Part shown: one piece after another, positions 1-12,046 of the stretch | How the letters are laid out: each line of letters begins with the position of its first letter | Position numbering within the stretch: the first letter of the stretch is position 1 | From: a virus | Taxonomy: Duplodnaviria > Caudoviricetes | Length of the DNA: 58,515 nt | Direction: 5' to 3' (one strand) | IMG/VR virus record: IMGVR_UViG_3300026105_000002 | Coordinates: 1 to 58,515 of that record | Notes under the pieces: model-generated | What the model was told of the DNA's origin: nothing | What the model saw: only the letters and a program-made list of their open reading frames with translations | The model's database searches: none | Program-made: the position numbers and the translations under genes

Positions 1-2100
<2,100 letters not shown>

Positions 2101-2122
2101 TAAAGACTAGTTAGAGACAAAA

Positions 2123-3742
2123 ATGGCTTTTATATTTGATGATAATGGTAGATTTAGTAATAGAAATTGGTACTATATACAACTCATCGTAGAGGCTTAT
2201 TACGAACCTGGTGGCACTAGATATGTAATAAATAACGTAGCTTATAAAGACTCTCAACCAGAAAATGATAACCCATTTTCCGGTGGATCTCCAAGATCAT
2301 ATAGTATACCTAATGGTCGCGCTGGAGGCATGACGGGATCATTATCATTTCAAAGTGACAGTGATAGTGGGTGGGCTTTTCAGTTTGACGCTGGAGTAGT
2401 CCCGCAGACACAAGATATTTGGGGAGCTGGAAGTTTTACTAGATGGATTCAAGAATCTGACAACCCTTCAACTGTAACTATTTCTGCTAGCCAAGGTCTT
2501 ATGGGATCTGCTACCGCTAGCACTGGCATTAAGCATGTTTTTAGAACATCGTTTGACGGTAATGGAGGGACAGCAGGGGATTCTTTTGAAGACGCTATTG
2601 ACGGAAATTCCATAACCCTGCCAAATGCAACTAGGTCAGGATATGATTTTGACGGTTGGCTAAGAAACGGCGTAAATGTTGGTGGTGCTGGTAGTAGTTA
2701 CACAGTAACTTCTACAGAAACTCTTGTTGCTTCTTGGAGTAGTTCAATTCCAGATGTAAACATTACTAATGGTATATTTAATAGAACTGTAAGACGTGGA
2801 CAAAGCTCTACATATGCAGACCGAATAATTGCAACGGATAAGCGCAGTGACCACTCCAGTTCTGGTAGCGATTGGGCATTGACGGGAACATATGCAAACT
2901 ACTTTAGTATAAATTCTATAGGTTCTAATGATTACGTAGGTTACAATATACCATCAAATGCTCCTTTAGGTAGCTTTACTTTAACTTTAACTGCATATGG
3001 CCCAAGCAGCCAGGACACAGACACCGCAACAATAACAATAGAAGATTACCCAACTGCAACCATGGCAGATACGTCTTTAAATAATGGAAGAGTTGGCGTA
3101 AATTTTAATACTAATGGCGATAATCAAATTTCTGGTGACTCTAACACAGCTAGTATTACAGTCTCTGGTAGCATCCCAGGAGTTTCCGAAAGTATAAGCG
3201 GGGCTACAGCAACTTTTTCAGGTTTTCCTACAGATTATGGTTCATACACCTTAACTGCAACTCCTACTAATCAGAATAGTGACACAGGTACAGCTGCAAA
3301 TATCAGTGTAACTATACTTGACGGTGCACTTTCATGGGCAGATCAATCTCTTTCTACTACTTTGGTTACAGAAGGTGAATCTTATTCTGACCAAGTATCA
3401 GTAAACTCAGGGCCGATAGATGTAACCTATTCTGTTTCTCCAGGATCTAATTTGCCTGGCGGAATAAACATTAATTCTTCTACAGGTCAGTTGACCTCGA
3501 GCAACATTACGGCTGAGCCAGGAACATATACGTTTAGGCTTAGAGCAACTAACGGATCTAACGAGGCAATTGATACTCAAAACTTAACGCTTACAGTAGA
3601 AAAATCCGGCGGATTTATGAAAGTTTGGAACGGAGCCGCCTGGGTAGACGTACCCGCTAAAGTTTGGAACGGGGCCAGTTTTACAGAAGGAACCGTTAAA
3701 GTTTGGAACGGAGCCGCCTGGGTAGATAGCTTTTCTAGCTAA
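2123..3742 (+). CDS. Virion-associated protein with an InlB B-repeat-like domain and Ig-like (He_PIG-type) domains
   Basis: FDGNGG...TLPNATRSGYDFDGW (B-repeat-like); LPGGININSSTGQL...PGTYTFRLRATN (He_PIG-like); S/T/N/G-rich; C-terminal 3x KVWNG repeat. Confidence 0.7.
   Translation: MAFIFDDNGRFSNRNWYYIQLIVEAYYEPGGTRYVINNVAYKDSQPENDNPFSGGSPRSYSIPNGRAGGMTGSLSFQSDSDSGWAFQFDAGVVPQTQDIWGAGSFTRWIQESDNPSTVTISASQGLMGSATASTGIKHVFRTSFDGNGGTAGDSFEDAIDGNSITLPNATRSGYDFDGWLRNGVNVGGAGSSYTVTSTETLVASWSSSIPDVNITNGIFNRTVRRGQSSTYADRIIATDKRSDHSSSGSDWALTGTYANYFSINSIGSNDYVGYNIPSNAPLGSFTLTLTAYGPSSQDTDTATITIEDYPTATMADTSLNNGRVGVNFNTNGDNQISGDSNTASITVSGSIPGVSESISGATATFSGFPTDYGSYTLTATPTNQNSDTGTAANISVTILDGALSWADQSLSTTLVTEGESYSDQVSVNSGPIDVTYSVSPGSNLPGGININSSTGQLTSSNITAEPGTYTFRLRATNGSNEAIDTQNLTLTVEKSGGFMKVWNGAAWVDVPAKVWNGASFTEGTVKVWNGAAWVDSFSS
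3620..3726 (+). repeat. 39-nt period coding tandem repeat (3 x KVWNGA)
   Basis: aaagtttggaacggagccgcctgggtaga is identical at 3620 and 3698; partial copy at 3659. Confidence 0.9.
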
Positions 3743-3846
3743 GAGGCTTTTTCTAAACGATTATGCTTTTCTTCGCAATCGCGAGCTAGTGATGGTACTG
3801 GATATCTTTTTTCACATATGCTGCAAGTGTAATCGTTAATACTCAA
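3739..3846 (-). CDS. 35-aa putative zinc-finger mini-protein (not in the ORF track)
   Basis: TTG start with GAGG upstream; MSINDYTCSICEKRYPVPSLARDCEEKHNRLEKAS has a CxxC-x12-CxxxH pattern; TGT-CATAAT at 3884-3892 upstream. Confidence 0.6.
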   Translation of the reverse strand: MSINDYTCSICEKRYPVPSLARDCEEKHNRLEKAS

Positions 3847-3901
3847 TATTTAAATACCTCGATGCCATTGACTTCGTGTATCTATTATGACACTCTTAAA
3901 A

Positions 3902-4702
3902 TTACTCTTCTACTTCAGCTTCTTTTTCTTTAGATGCTTCTTCAGACTGCTTCAAAAGCTCGTCTCTAATTTGTGATAGTTCTATGGCATAAGTAATGTT
4001 TCCAGTGTAGGTGTGTTCACCTATATGCGTAATCCTAACCCACGGTGCTGCCCAAACATCGTTGCCTAGTTTTCTCCACATGTGGCAAAAGTTATAGTCC
4101 TCTGAAAGAAGTCTTCTACTTGAGGGATCTATAGTTGTTGTGAAGTATTCAGTGATTTCTTCGCCCTCGTTAGAGTTAACTGTGGAAATTGAATCACTTA
4201 TGTACTTTTCGCATAAAGGGGCAATTCTTTCAAACACAGAGCGTTTAATTGCCATCAAACCTGTACCAATTTCTGCAACTTTAATAGGGGAGTCCAGGTT
4301 AAAATCAGTCTCTGCTTCTAATAGATTTACCGCAAAGATACCAGCATAGTTGTATAGGTCTTTCTTACCTAACTGAGCCGCCATACCAACTGCATCCCAA
4401 TTTATGCCTTTCATGGGAGAAATAGCACCAATTAGCTCTCTATCAGACTCAACCATTTTCAAAACGTCGTCAGGATCAAAAGAGTGGTCGCTATCAATAA
4501 AAAGTAAAGTGTCTGCATCACTCTGCATAAATCTGTGAGCAAGATTGTTTCGAGCTCTAGTTATAAGGCTCTCGTTACCAACAACTGAAGTCTCTATTTG
4601 ATGTCCTGCTCCAGCCAATTTAATAATTAAATTCTGTAAGCTAATAACGTAACCGCTTTTAGCATTTCCACCATACATAGGCGTGGCTATAAATATCTTC
4701 AA
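3902..4702 (-). CDS. GT-A fold glycosyltransferase-like protein
   Basis: KIFIATPMYGG, ESLITRARN, DxD motif (FIDSD), GTGLMAI, LSEDYNFC, HIG; GGAG SD upstream. Confidence 0.75.
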   Translation of the reverse strand: MKIFIATPMYGGNAKSGYVISLQNLIIKLAGAGHQIETSVVGNESLITRARNNLAHRFMQSDADTLLFIDSDHSFDPDDVLKMVESDRELIGAISPMKGINWDAVGMAAQLGKKDLYNYAGIFAVNLLEAETDFNLDSPIKVAEIGTGLMAIKRSVFERIAPLCEKYISDSISTVNSNEGEEITEYFTTTIDPSSRRLLSEDYNFCHMWRKLGNDVWAAPWVRITHIGEHTYTGNITYAIELSQIRDELLKQSEEASKEKEAEVEE

Positions 4703-4720
4703 TGTTCTCCTTTTGTCATT

Positions 4721-7381
4721 TTAGAAATTAGAAAATCTACTCAGTTGGCTATAGTCTAACCCATCTCCTGCATTTCCCGTAGAATTCATTGCCAATCCAA
4801 TGCCTTCCATTTGAGCACGAGCACCGTGACCATTAATTTTTGTACCTCTGTCACTAAGCTTCTTGTGGAATGCAATTTGAGAGAGGCCACGCTCTCCTCT
4901 GTTTTCACTCCACCTTCTGTAGATTGTGTAGAGGTCTTGGACTTTAATGCTGGAGTTTTCATCGTTGACAGTTTCTTCGCTAAGGAAGATACCAATCCTG
5001 TCTTCACTCTTTTGGTAGATGTCTGCAGCTTCTTTAACCGCAGTGCACCAGCCAAGGGCATCATTAGAAGTTTTAGACATACTCAAGTATTTAACAGCGC
5101 CTTCTACACACCAAGACAAAACAGCAGGCAATCCGCCGTCCGGGTCTGCCAGATATGACTTTAGGTCTGGGTCAGACTTTTCTGGCACGTGAACAAAAGG
5201 CGCTGGACGCAACCTACGCCACATAGCATCGTCAGTAATCATTGGGCGGTGGTTAGTGGTGATCCAAACCTTACCTTGAGCGTGAAAAGTAAACGGCTTT
5301 TCTCCAGGAGAACGAGCAGAAATTTGGCTTGAACCAGTCAGCTTCTTAACTTGGTTTTCCTTAATTCGCTCTGTTTCTGGCAGCTCATCTACCCAAACCA
5401 TTCGTCTACCTCTGAGCTCGGCCATATGGTATTCGTCAGAACGGTTTTGTCCACCGTCGGCTGCAAGTACTGGTGAGTCAAGCATCCATGCATATCCGCC
5501 AGGGCCCAAGGCCTCAAACACAGTCTCAACAAAAGTATTTTTACCAGAGCCAGGAGGACCATAAACCATAAACAAAACGTCTTGATTGCTCAAACCTGTA
5601 AGCGTATATCCGACTGCGCGCTGTAACCAGTCTTGGTATTCTTTATCGCCACCAGTAGCAAAGTCTAGGAATTGAGTCCACCTGATGTTCGTCATACCAG
5701 GTTGGTAAGATATCGGGCTTCTACGCGTGATGTTTAGGTCTGGCCTTCCTCTGAGAAGCTCGCCAGTTCTCAGATCAACCACACCGTTAGAAACACCCAT
5801 CAAATGCGGGTCAGCGTCCCATGACTCAACGTCAACACGAATCTTTCTGTCAGATGTAGCCATGCGAACCATGTTGTTTACACGAGCAATTGATTTAGCT
5901 TGTTTGGCCCAGGCCACTAATTCATTTACTTTAGGGTCATCCAAGTTGTAATTCTTAACTTCACCAGCTACAACGGCAGAGACGCGCTTAGCAAGTTCCT
6001 TGAGCTCTAGCTCTTCTTGATCTTGTTTCCAGTAATTACCGTCCCAGTAGTACCACCCAAGTCCAGGTGTGTATCTAATAACGGATTTATAAGTGTCTAC
6101 AAGTCTTGCACCATTGCCTATATCAGTTAGTGACCTGAACCCTGGCTTACCACCGTCTAGTTCATCCGGTGCATCCGGGTCGCTAGGAAGATTTAAGTTG
6201 CCTTTAGAGGAAGCATCCGAAATGGACATTCCAGATTCAGCTAGGGCAGTTACTTGATCACCAATTGCATTAGCAGTTGAACGATTTTCAGGGATGTCTA
6301 CATTTTCTAAAACTTCTGGCTCTAGTATTTCTCCACCCTCTAGAGCTTTTGGCTGCTGCTGGTTCATTTTAGTGGCCCAGTCAGTGCCTTGGGTTCTGAC
6401 CCAATCGCTAATGCCTTCCCACTTTAGGTCAACTTTAGGGTTGTCAGCAACAAAGTCAATTGCTCTGTGGACGTGCATCAGCAGAGAGTTAGAACCTTCT
6501 AATTCCATAGGTGGTCGAACCATCTCGGCGTTGAAACGGATCATTAAAGTTTCTATGTATGTGCGGTTTGCGTCGTCTGTCCCATACTTGTTTGCTAATG
6601 CACAAGTTAGCTTGTAGATATCAACGGCTCTAGCGCCTTCGTCGATGCCTTCTTCCATGATTTTTTGAATATCGACTTTTTCGCCACCAAGCTCAAGGTC
6701 TCCCATCCAATCCCAAGTGGCAGAACCGTAAACGCCCACACCTCTAGGTTTTTTCTTTGGGCGGAGAGCTTGCAAAAGTGCTTCAGGAGCTTCAGCAATT
6801 TCTCGCTCCCACGGTGCATGCCCAGGCTTCCACTCATAGGTTAGCCCCGAAAAGTGACGAGAAGGCGTAAGAAGAATATATCCGTTGTGTTTTACATCAA
6901 TTCCTGGCAAACCTTCACTATTGAAGTTACCAATAAACTTCTCATTAGGCGAGCACTTATAGATAAGGTGCCTACCGCGGACGCTGTTTCCGTTATCAGA
7001 ATGAAGACCGGTAGCCGCCTCTACTGTCGGGGGCAGAGCACCTTCTGTACGTTCTTCTAGCTTTATGTATGACTCATCGCCTTTGTGGCGAGGGTCAATG
7101 TCAATTACTAAAAATCCAGAGCCTTTGGCAAATACACCAACATTGTAGTCAGGGTTTTCTCCCCACCAAGTGGCTATCTGCTCTGTGTCGTCTGTTGCAC
7201 TGGTCTGCCAACTGTTAATTGCAGGGTGCTTGCCAATTTCTTTTGCTTCAAAATGTGTCTTACCGCAGGTGCACTTGCCGTCTTTACCTATACCGTGTAC
7301 TGGCAGTATCTTCCAGTTATGCTTCTCTGCATAATACTGAGCAGCCTTTGAAAGCCGACCACTGGCTTTTTCCCACGACAA
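4721..7381 (-). CDS. Bifunctional primase-polymerase fused to a P4/D5-type SF3 helicase
   Basis: N-terminal Prim-Pol motifs (ILPVHG, GKHP, NVGV, VIDID, GRHL, GIDVK); D5_N-like TDIGNGARL; Walker A GPPGSGKNT; WVDE; TNHRP; DDAMWRRL. Confidence 0.92.
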   Translation of the reverse strand: MSWEKASGRLSKAAQYYAEKHNWKILPVHGIGKDGKCTCGKTHFEAKEIGKHPAINSWQTSATDDTEQIATWWGENPDYNVGVFAKGSGFLVIDIDPRHKGDESYIKLEERTEGALPPTVEAATGLHSDNGNSVRGRHLIYKCSPNEKFIGNFNSEGLPGIDVKHNGYILLTPSRHFSGLTYEWKPGHAPWEREIAEAPEALLQALRPKKKPRGVGVYGSATWDWMGDLELGGEKVDIQKIMEEGIDEGARAVDIYKLTCALANKYGTDDANRTYIETLMIRFNAEMVRPPMELEGSNSLLMHVHRAIDFVADNPKVDLKWEGISDWVRTQGTDWATKMNQQQPKALEGGEILEPEVLENVDIPENRSTANAIGDQVTALAESGMSISDASSKGNLNLPSDPDAPDELDGGKPGFRSLTDIGNGARLVDTYKSVIRYTPGLGWYYWDGNYWKQDQEELELKELAKRVSAVVAGEVKNYNLDDPKVNELVAWAKQAKSIARVNNMVRMATSDRKIRVDVESWDADPHLMGVSNGVVDLRTGELLRGRPDLNITRRSPISYQPGMTNIRWTQFLDFATGGDKEYQDWLQRAVGYTLTGLSNQDVLFMVYGPPGSGKNTFVETVFEALGPGGYAWMLDSPVLAADGGQNRSDEYHMAELRGRRMVWVDELPETERIKENQVKKLTGSSQISARSPGEKPFTFHAQGKVWITTNHRPMITDDAMWRRLRPAPFVHVPEKSDPDLKSYLADPDGGLPAVLSWCVEGAVKYLSMSKTSNDALGWCTAVKEAADIYQKSEDRIGIFLSEETVNDENSSIKVQDLYTIYRRWSENRGERGLSQIAFHKKLSDRGTKINGHGARAQMEGIGLAMNSTGNAGDGLDYSQLSRFSNF

Positions 7382-7562
7382 CTCAGAGTCCTGCTTTCAC
7401 TACGTCATTTGTAATATTCATTTGCTCTCCGGGTATGAAAACTTAGTTACATAATACACCTTCTGCTTTCCGATGCAACTCAGATACAGGAAATGTTTTT
7501 AAATTTAGAAAAGTTGAACCGCTGAACTAACAGCCAGCCCTTAAATCAGGGTAATTTTACTA

Positions 7563-7571
7563 CGGTAAAAT
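7563..7571 (+). promoter_or_regulatory. Putative -10 element for the rightward 7622 genes
   Basis: CGG-TAAAAT in the divergent intergenic region; same pattern as other intergenic sites. Confidence 0.4.
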
Positions 7572-7621
7572 TGATTAGGGAGAGGACTTAACCACTAACC
7601 TAGTAGAAACCATTATAGGAC

Positions 7622-7969
7622 ATGTCACAGGATCTTATTCTTTATAGCTCTGCCTTAATTGGCGCTCTCAGTGTTATTATTGGCGCTATTTACTCTATCT
7701 ACAGAATAGCCAAAAGAATCGGGGATGCTTTGGGAGTAGACGAAAAAGGTAGAACAATTTCTGACCGCCTCGATCGCGTAGAGCACCAACTTTGGGAAAA
7801 TGGTGGTAGTTCACTTGCAGACAGAGTCAACAATATTGAAATGCATGTTGTAAAAGTTTCAACTGAAATAGAAATTATTAAAGACATTACAATTTCTATG
7901 CAAGCTCAGGCGCCAAAGCCTCGTCAAAAGAAGTCCACAGACTCCTCTAAAAAGTCTTTAGATAACTGA
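7622..7969 (+). CDS. Single-TM membrane protein with coiled coil (holin-like or lysis-associated?)
   Basis: N-terminal hydrophobic helix (ALIGALSVIIGAIYSIY), ENGGSSLADRV motif, basic tail. Confidence 0.55.
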   Translation: MSQDLILYSSALIGALSVIIGAIYSIYRIAKRIGDALGVDEKGRTISDRLDRVEHQLWENGGSSLADRVNNIEMHVVKVSTEIEIIKDITISMQAQAPKPRQKKSTDSSKKSLDN

Positions 7970-8023
7970 AAAAGCACTTCATAGTGTGGTAGGCTTTCCT
8001 GCATAACCACATCAAGGAGTGTA

Positions 8024-8302
8024 ATGATGCCTCTTGCCGATAAGCTCGATAGCAGTTTAAAGCAATACAAAGCAAAACAACAATTCTGCGCAGCTATAAA
8101 AGTAGCTCTTACAGACTCGCTTTCCGAGAAAGATGTTGAAGCATATAAGACTGTATTAGAAAACACCAATACTTTAGATCCTGAATATCTTCCGTCTACT
8201 CGCCTTTCGATAATATTAAGACAAGAAGGTTTAAGAGTCAGCACCTCTAGCCTTGAACGTCACAGAAATAAAACTTGCACTTGTTATAAGGCAGGACTCT
8301 AG
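8024..8302 (+). CDS. Small hypothetical protein, possible HTH/metal-binding
   Basis: AAGGAG SD; ends RHRNKTCTC; stop overlaps the next start. Confidence 0.6.
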   Translation: MMPLADKLDSSLKQYKAKQQFCAAIKVALTDSLSEKDVEAYKTVLENTNTLDPEYLPSTRLSIILRQEGLRVSTSSLERHRNKTCTCYKAGL

Positions 8303-9504
8303 TGGGACTTTCAGACAAACTAAACGAATTAAAAGATCCGGGTCGTTCTGGTTCTGATATAAAACGACTAAATATCCCTGAAGACTGGCGTCCCAGAATG
8401 GACGTAGATAGTCAGAAAGGCGGATTCTTAGTCGGATCACCTAGACCCTCTGGTCAAGACTCAGACGCAACTGCAGTTTTAGAAGAGTTTGGGCTAGACC
8501 CCAACCAGTGGTCAGTTACTTCTCTTAGACACGGTAAGTGGCAGAGGTATGATGGCGAATATCTAGAATCAATTAGAGTAAACGTTGTTCCTTCTGCTTT
8601 AGCACTTTCAGACCAGGTAGATGCAGAACAGCTAATTAAAGATATTAAGAAATGGCGTCCCGCTAAAGGAACTAAGAAGTCCACCGGCGAGGGCGCTTTT
8701 TTAGTTGCGCCTAGTGACCAGCAGTTAGGTAAGAAGGCAAACAGCCAAGGAAGTGCTCAATCAGTAAATCGCATTTTGGGGCTTACTGAAGGGGCGGTGC
8801 AAAAGTACAACTCTCTTAAAAAGGCTGGTATAGCTCCCGGAACTATCGTTTTAGCTCTTCCAGGAGACCACGTTGAGGGTAACGTAAGCCAAAACGGAAG
8901 ACTTCAAGGGCAAGCTGCTTCTGATCTAGGTCTTACCGAGCAAGTGCGAGTTGCAAGAAGATTGCTAATGACTCAAATAAAAGCACTAGCCCCTCTAGCT
9001 GAAAAAATAGTTGTGCCAGTAATTAATGGAAACCACGACGAAGTAACTCGTCAAGTAGCTGCCGACCCAGCCGATGGGTGGAACACGGAGATAGCTGCAG
9101 CCGTACAAGACGCTTGTGCAGAAAATCCAGAGCTGTCTCACGTGGAGTTTAGGTTCCCATCTAGTGGACACCAAACTCTAACTATAGACATAGACGGTTG
9201 CATGCTTGGGCTATTCCATGGGCATCAAGCTTCTCAAAACAATGTTATGAAGTTTTTGTCTGGTCACGCAGCAGGGCAAACAGCACTAGGTAATGCCGAT
9301 GTTTGGGTTTCAGGTCACTACCACAACTTTAGGACAATGGATATTGGCACCAGGTTCTGGGTGCAAGCCCCAACAACAGACCCTGGAAGCGAATGGTTCC
9401 GTGACCGTAGCGGAATGGAGTCCAATCCAGGACTACTAACAATGGTTATTGGCGGAAGCTATGACCCAAGAGAAAATATAAGCGTACTCCCAGTAAAGGA
9501 TTAA
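8302..9504 (+). CDS. Calcineurin-like metallophosphoesterase (Mre11/SbcD-like)
   Basis: Motifs SDQQ, GDHVEG, GNHDE, FHGH, GHYH in the canonical order. Confidence 0.85.
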   Translation: MGLSDKLNELKDPGRSGSDIKRLNIPEDWRPRMDVDSQKGGFLVGSPRPSGQDSDATAVLEEFGLDPNQWSVTSLRHGKWQRYDGEYLESIRVNVVPSALALSDQVDAEQLIKDIKKWRPAKGTKKSTGEGAFLVAPSDQQLGKKANSQGSAQSVNRILGLTEGAVQKYNSLKKAGIAPGTIVLALPGDHVEGNVSQNGRLQGQAASDLGLTEQVRVARRLLMTQIKALAPLAEKIVVPVINGNHDEVTRQVAADPADGWNTEIAAAVQDACAENPELSHVEFRFPSSGHQTLTIDIDGCMLGLFHGHQASQNNVMKFLSGHAAGQTALGNADVWVSGHYHNFRTMDIGTRFWVQAPTTDPGSEWFRDRSGMESNPGLLTMVIGGSYDPRENISVLPVKD

Positions 9505-9505
9505 A

Positions 9506-10579
9506 TTGAAGGTAGCAGTTTATACAATCGCACTAAATGAAGAGCAATTTGTTAAGCCTTGGTTTGAAAGCGCAAAAGAAGCAGACTACTTACTAATTGC
9601 GGACACAGGTTCCACAGATAAGACGGTTAAAAAAGCAAAAGCGCTAGGCATTAATGTAATTCCCGTAAATGTTAAACCATGGAGGTTTGACACTGCTAGG
9701 AATGCGTCGCTTGCTGCTATTCCTGCAGACATAGACTACTGTATTGCTTTGGATATGGACGAGGTTCTTTTGCCAGGGTGGAGAGAGGAACTCGAAAAAG
9801 CTTTTAAAGAAGGCTCAACTAGGCCTAGGTACCAGTACACATGGAACTGGAAAGACGAAGCAGAAACCGTTCCTAGTCTTCAGTATGGTGGAGACAAGAT
9901 ACACAGCCGTTTCGGCTACAGGTGGAAACATCCAGTTCACGAAGTAATTGTGAGCTATGGCGGGCACAAGGAAACTCAGACCTGGGTAGGCCTTGAGATA
10001 CACCACCACGCTGACACATCTAAGCCTAGATCTCAATACTTGCCACTACTAAAGCAGGCAGTAGATGAGGACCCGTATGATGACAGAAACGCTTTTTACT
10101 ACGCTAGAGAGCTCTTCTTTCACGGTAAGCGCGACGATGCCATTGCAGAATTTAAGCGGCACTTAGCTTTGCCAAGAGCAAAGTGGCCACCAGAGCGAGC
10201 TGCCTCTATGCGTTATTTAGCAAAACTAGATACAGTAAACACGGAAGACTGGTTGATCAAGGCAATTAATCAATCTCCTGGACGCCGTGAATCTATGACA
10301 GAGCTTGCAATGCTTTACTATGGACGCGGCGATTGGGAAAACTGTTATAAGTGGGCTACAGACATAGTAAAAATTGAAACCAAACCTTTAGATTATTTGT
10401 GTGAAGACTTTGCTTGGGGTGCTATGCCTCATGACTTGGCTGCCATATCTGCATTTAACTTAGGAAAGTTTGATGAGGCACTAAGTTACGGTGAGACGGC
10501 TTTTAAGTTAGATCCTGAGAACGACAGATTAAAGAGTAATCTTACTTTTTATCGTTCCGCTGCTTCTTCTCCTGAATAG
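9506..10579 (+). CDS. Family 2 glycosyltransferase with TPR repeats
   Basis: VAVYTIALNEE, DTGSTDKT, FDTARN, LDMDE, HPVHE; C-terminal TPR-like helices. Confidence 0.88.
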   Translation: MKVAVYTIALNEEQFVKPWFESAKEADYLLIADTGSTDKTVKKAKALGINVIPVNVKPWRFDTARNASLAAIPADIDYCIALDMDEVLLPGWREELEKAFKEGSTRPRYQYTWNWKDEAETVPSLQYGGDKIHSRFGYRWKHPVHEVIVSYGGHKETQTWVGLEIHHHADTSKPRSQYLPLLKQAVDEDPYDDRNAFYYARELFFHGKRDDAIAEFKRHLALPRAKWPPERAASMRYLAKLDTVNTEDWLIKAINQSPGRRESMTELAMLYYGRGDWENCYKWATDIVKIETKPLDYLCEDFAWGAMPHDLAAISAFNLGKFDEALSYGETAFKLDPENDRLKSNLTFYRSAASSPE

Positions 10580-11009
10580 CTTTAAACGCTTCTACTGCGT
10601 TTGCGCTTGTTCGACTTTGCCAGATAAATCTGCATTCGTTGCAATAAACAACTTTCATGGTGGACCAGCGGCCGCCCTCTGGCCTATCTACAGTTTTAGT
10701 ATCAAGAGAATCGGTTTTTGCTTTACAGTAAGGGCATAAAGGAAATCTTTTGTGACGCATTTCTTGGCCTTGCCAATTTACCGAAAGAGTTCTGCGCAGT
10801 TCTTTGTAGTCTAGGCCGCCCCAAACGCCCCAAATTTGTTTATTGTTTAAGGCCCATTGAGCGCAGTCTTTTCGTACAGGGCACATATCGCAAAGTTTTT
10901 TAGCAGAGTTCTGCTGCGAAGGTTTGTTAGCAAAAAAGTTATTTGCATATTCTGCATTTTCTGGCTTGGCGCATTCAGCGTCTTCGTGCCAATCCGGGCT
11001 ATCTATCAA
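10542..11009 (-). CDS. whiB: WhiB-family transcription factor with a C-terminal zinc ribbon
   Basis: W...AEC...FF...AKKLCDMCPVRKDC...GVWGG; extra CPYC...CNEC. Confidence 0.9.
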   Translation of the reverse strand: MIDSPDWHEDAECAKPENAEYANNFFANKPSQQNSAKKLCDMCPVRKDCAQWALNNKQIWGVWGGLDYKELRRTLSVNWQGQEMRHKRFPLCPYCKAKTDSLDTKTVDRPEGGRWSTMKVVYCNECRFIWQSRTSANAVEAFKAIQEKKQRNDKK

Positions 11010-11352
11010 GCTCAGAAACCTCCACTATTGTTGCTTGAACAATTTCTTCGAGCTCTACTTCTGTTGATACTGATAGACCCTCTCCGGTACACACAGTAGG
11101 TTGGTAGTCACCATCAATATATCCGACGTAAACTTGAATAGACGAAGAAGCATCCAGCATTTTAAAGCTCTCACCTAATGAGTAAGAAATTCCGTCTCTT
11201 TGGATAGCAGAGGCCAAAGAGGTCTTTACAACCTCTTCTTCTAAATTTACGTGACCTTCTGTGTAATATATGTAGCTGTTAGTTGAGTGAGGCTCGTATT
11301 CGTCGCCATCCCAGGTCATCCATAAGGATTCGCCAACTCGAAGATCTTTCAC
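10999..11352 (-). CDS. Hypothetical acidic protein
   Basis: ORF in an operon; TATAAT 7 nt upstream of the GTG (leaderless arrangement). Confidence 0.65.
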   Translation of the reverse strand: MKDLRVGESLWMTWDGDEYEPHSTNSYIYYTEGHVNLEEEVVKTSLASAIQRDGISYSLGESFKMLDASSSIQVYVGYIDGDYQPTVCTGEGLSVSTEVELEEIVQATIVEVSELDR

Positions 11353-11411
11353 ATAATAAATTATAGATTAAAACAAAAAATAACCTGATATATTTACCGT
11401 AAACTACAAAA

Positions 11412-11624
11412 TTAGCTGCCGTTAGTGTAAATAGTTGCTTTATAGACGTTATCTGTGCTTTCAGGAGCATTTTCAACTTCTATTTCCAAATTATAAGATA
11501 AAATAATATCTTCTACAGCCATTTCATCAAGCTCATAAAAGTCAGAGATAGCTTTTGCTGAATTTTTTAGTATCTCACTGCGACTATTTCCGTATACAGT
11601 AAGTTTTGCAGACATTCTTAGCAT
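11412..11624 (-). CDS. Hypothetical protein
   Basis: Start overlaps the upstream stop (TAATG). Confidence 0.6.
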   Translation of the reverse strand: MLRMSAKLTVYGNSRSEILKNSAKAISDFYELDEMAVEDIILSYNLEIEVENAPESTDNVYKATIYTNGS

Positions 11625-12046
11625 TATTGGACTCTTTTTTCTAGCTTGTAAGGAGAGTAGTGAGCTCCATCCAGTGAAGGAGTGATTCCATCCGTTGATT
11701 TAATAATTACGTCTCCATAGCGCACAGCTACAACGCGGCCTCTACGCCCATTGTGGAGAGGGCCCATTTTGCCTTCAAAAGCATCAGCAAGGACTCTTAC
11801 TTCGTCGCCAACAGTGATTTGTCCTGGCTGTAGTGGCACCCAAACCTCGTCTGGTGTTTCTTGCATGTGTGTAGGTATGTTCAAAGCTAGCTTTGAGAAG
11901 ACCTCAACAGCTTCTTTGGACATATTTTCGCTTAACTTTAATGATTCCCAAGCCTCAAGTAGTTTAAGAACCGCTTTACCAGATCCAACTTTTACTTTAG
12001 ATGCTTCTAGTTGTTGTTTTACCCATTCATAGTTTACTTCAGGCAT
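11624..12046 (-). CDS. Hypothetical protein with a KOW/SH3-like C-terminal domain
   Basis: VGDEVRV...HNGRRGRVVAVRYGDVII; AGGAG SD. Confidence 0.65.
   Translation of the reverse strand: MPEVNYEWVKQQLEASKVKVGSGKAVLKLLEAWESLKLSENMSKEAVEVFSKLALNIPTHMQETPDEVWVPLQPGQITVGDEVRVLADAFEGKMGPLHNGRRGRVVAVRYGDVIIKSTDGITPSLDGAHYSPYKLEKRVQ

Noticed and set aside
3620-3726. 29-nt direct repeats as a mini CRISPR array
   Set aside because: They are in-frame coding repeats with a 39-nt period and a degenerate middle copy, with no unique spacers.
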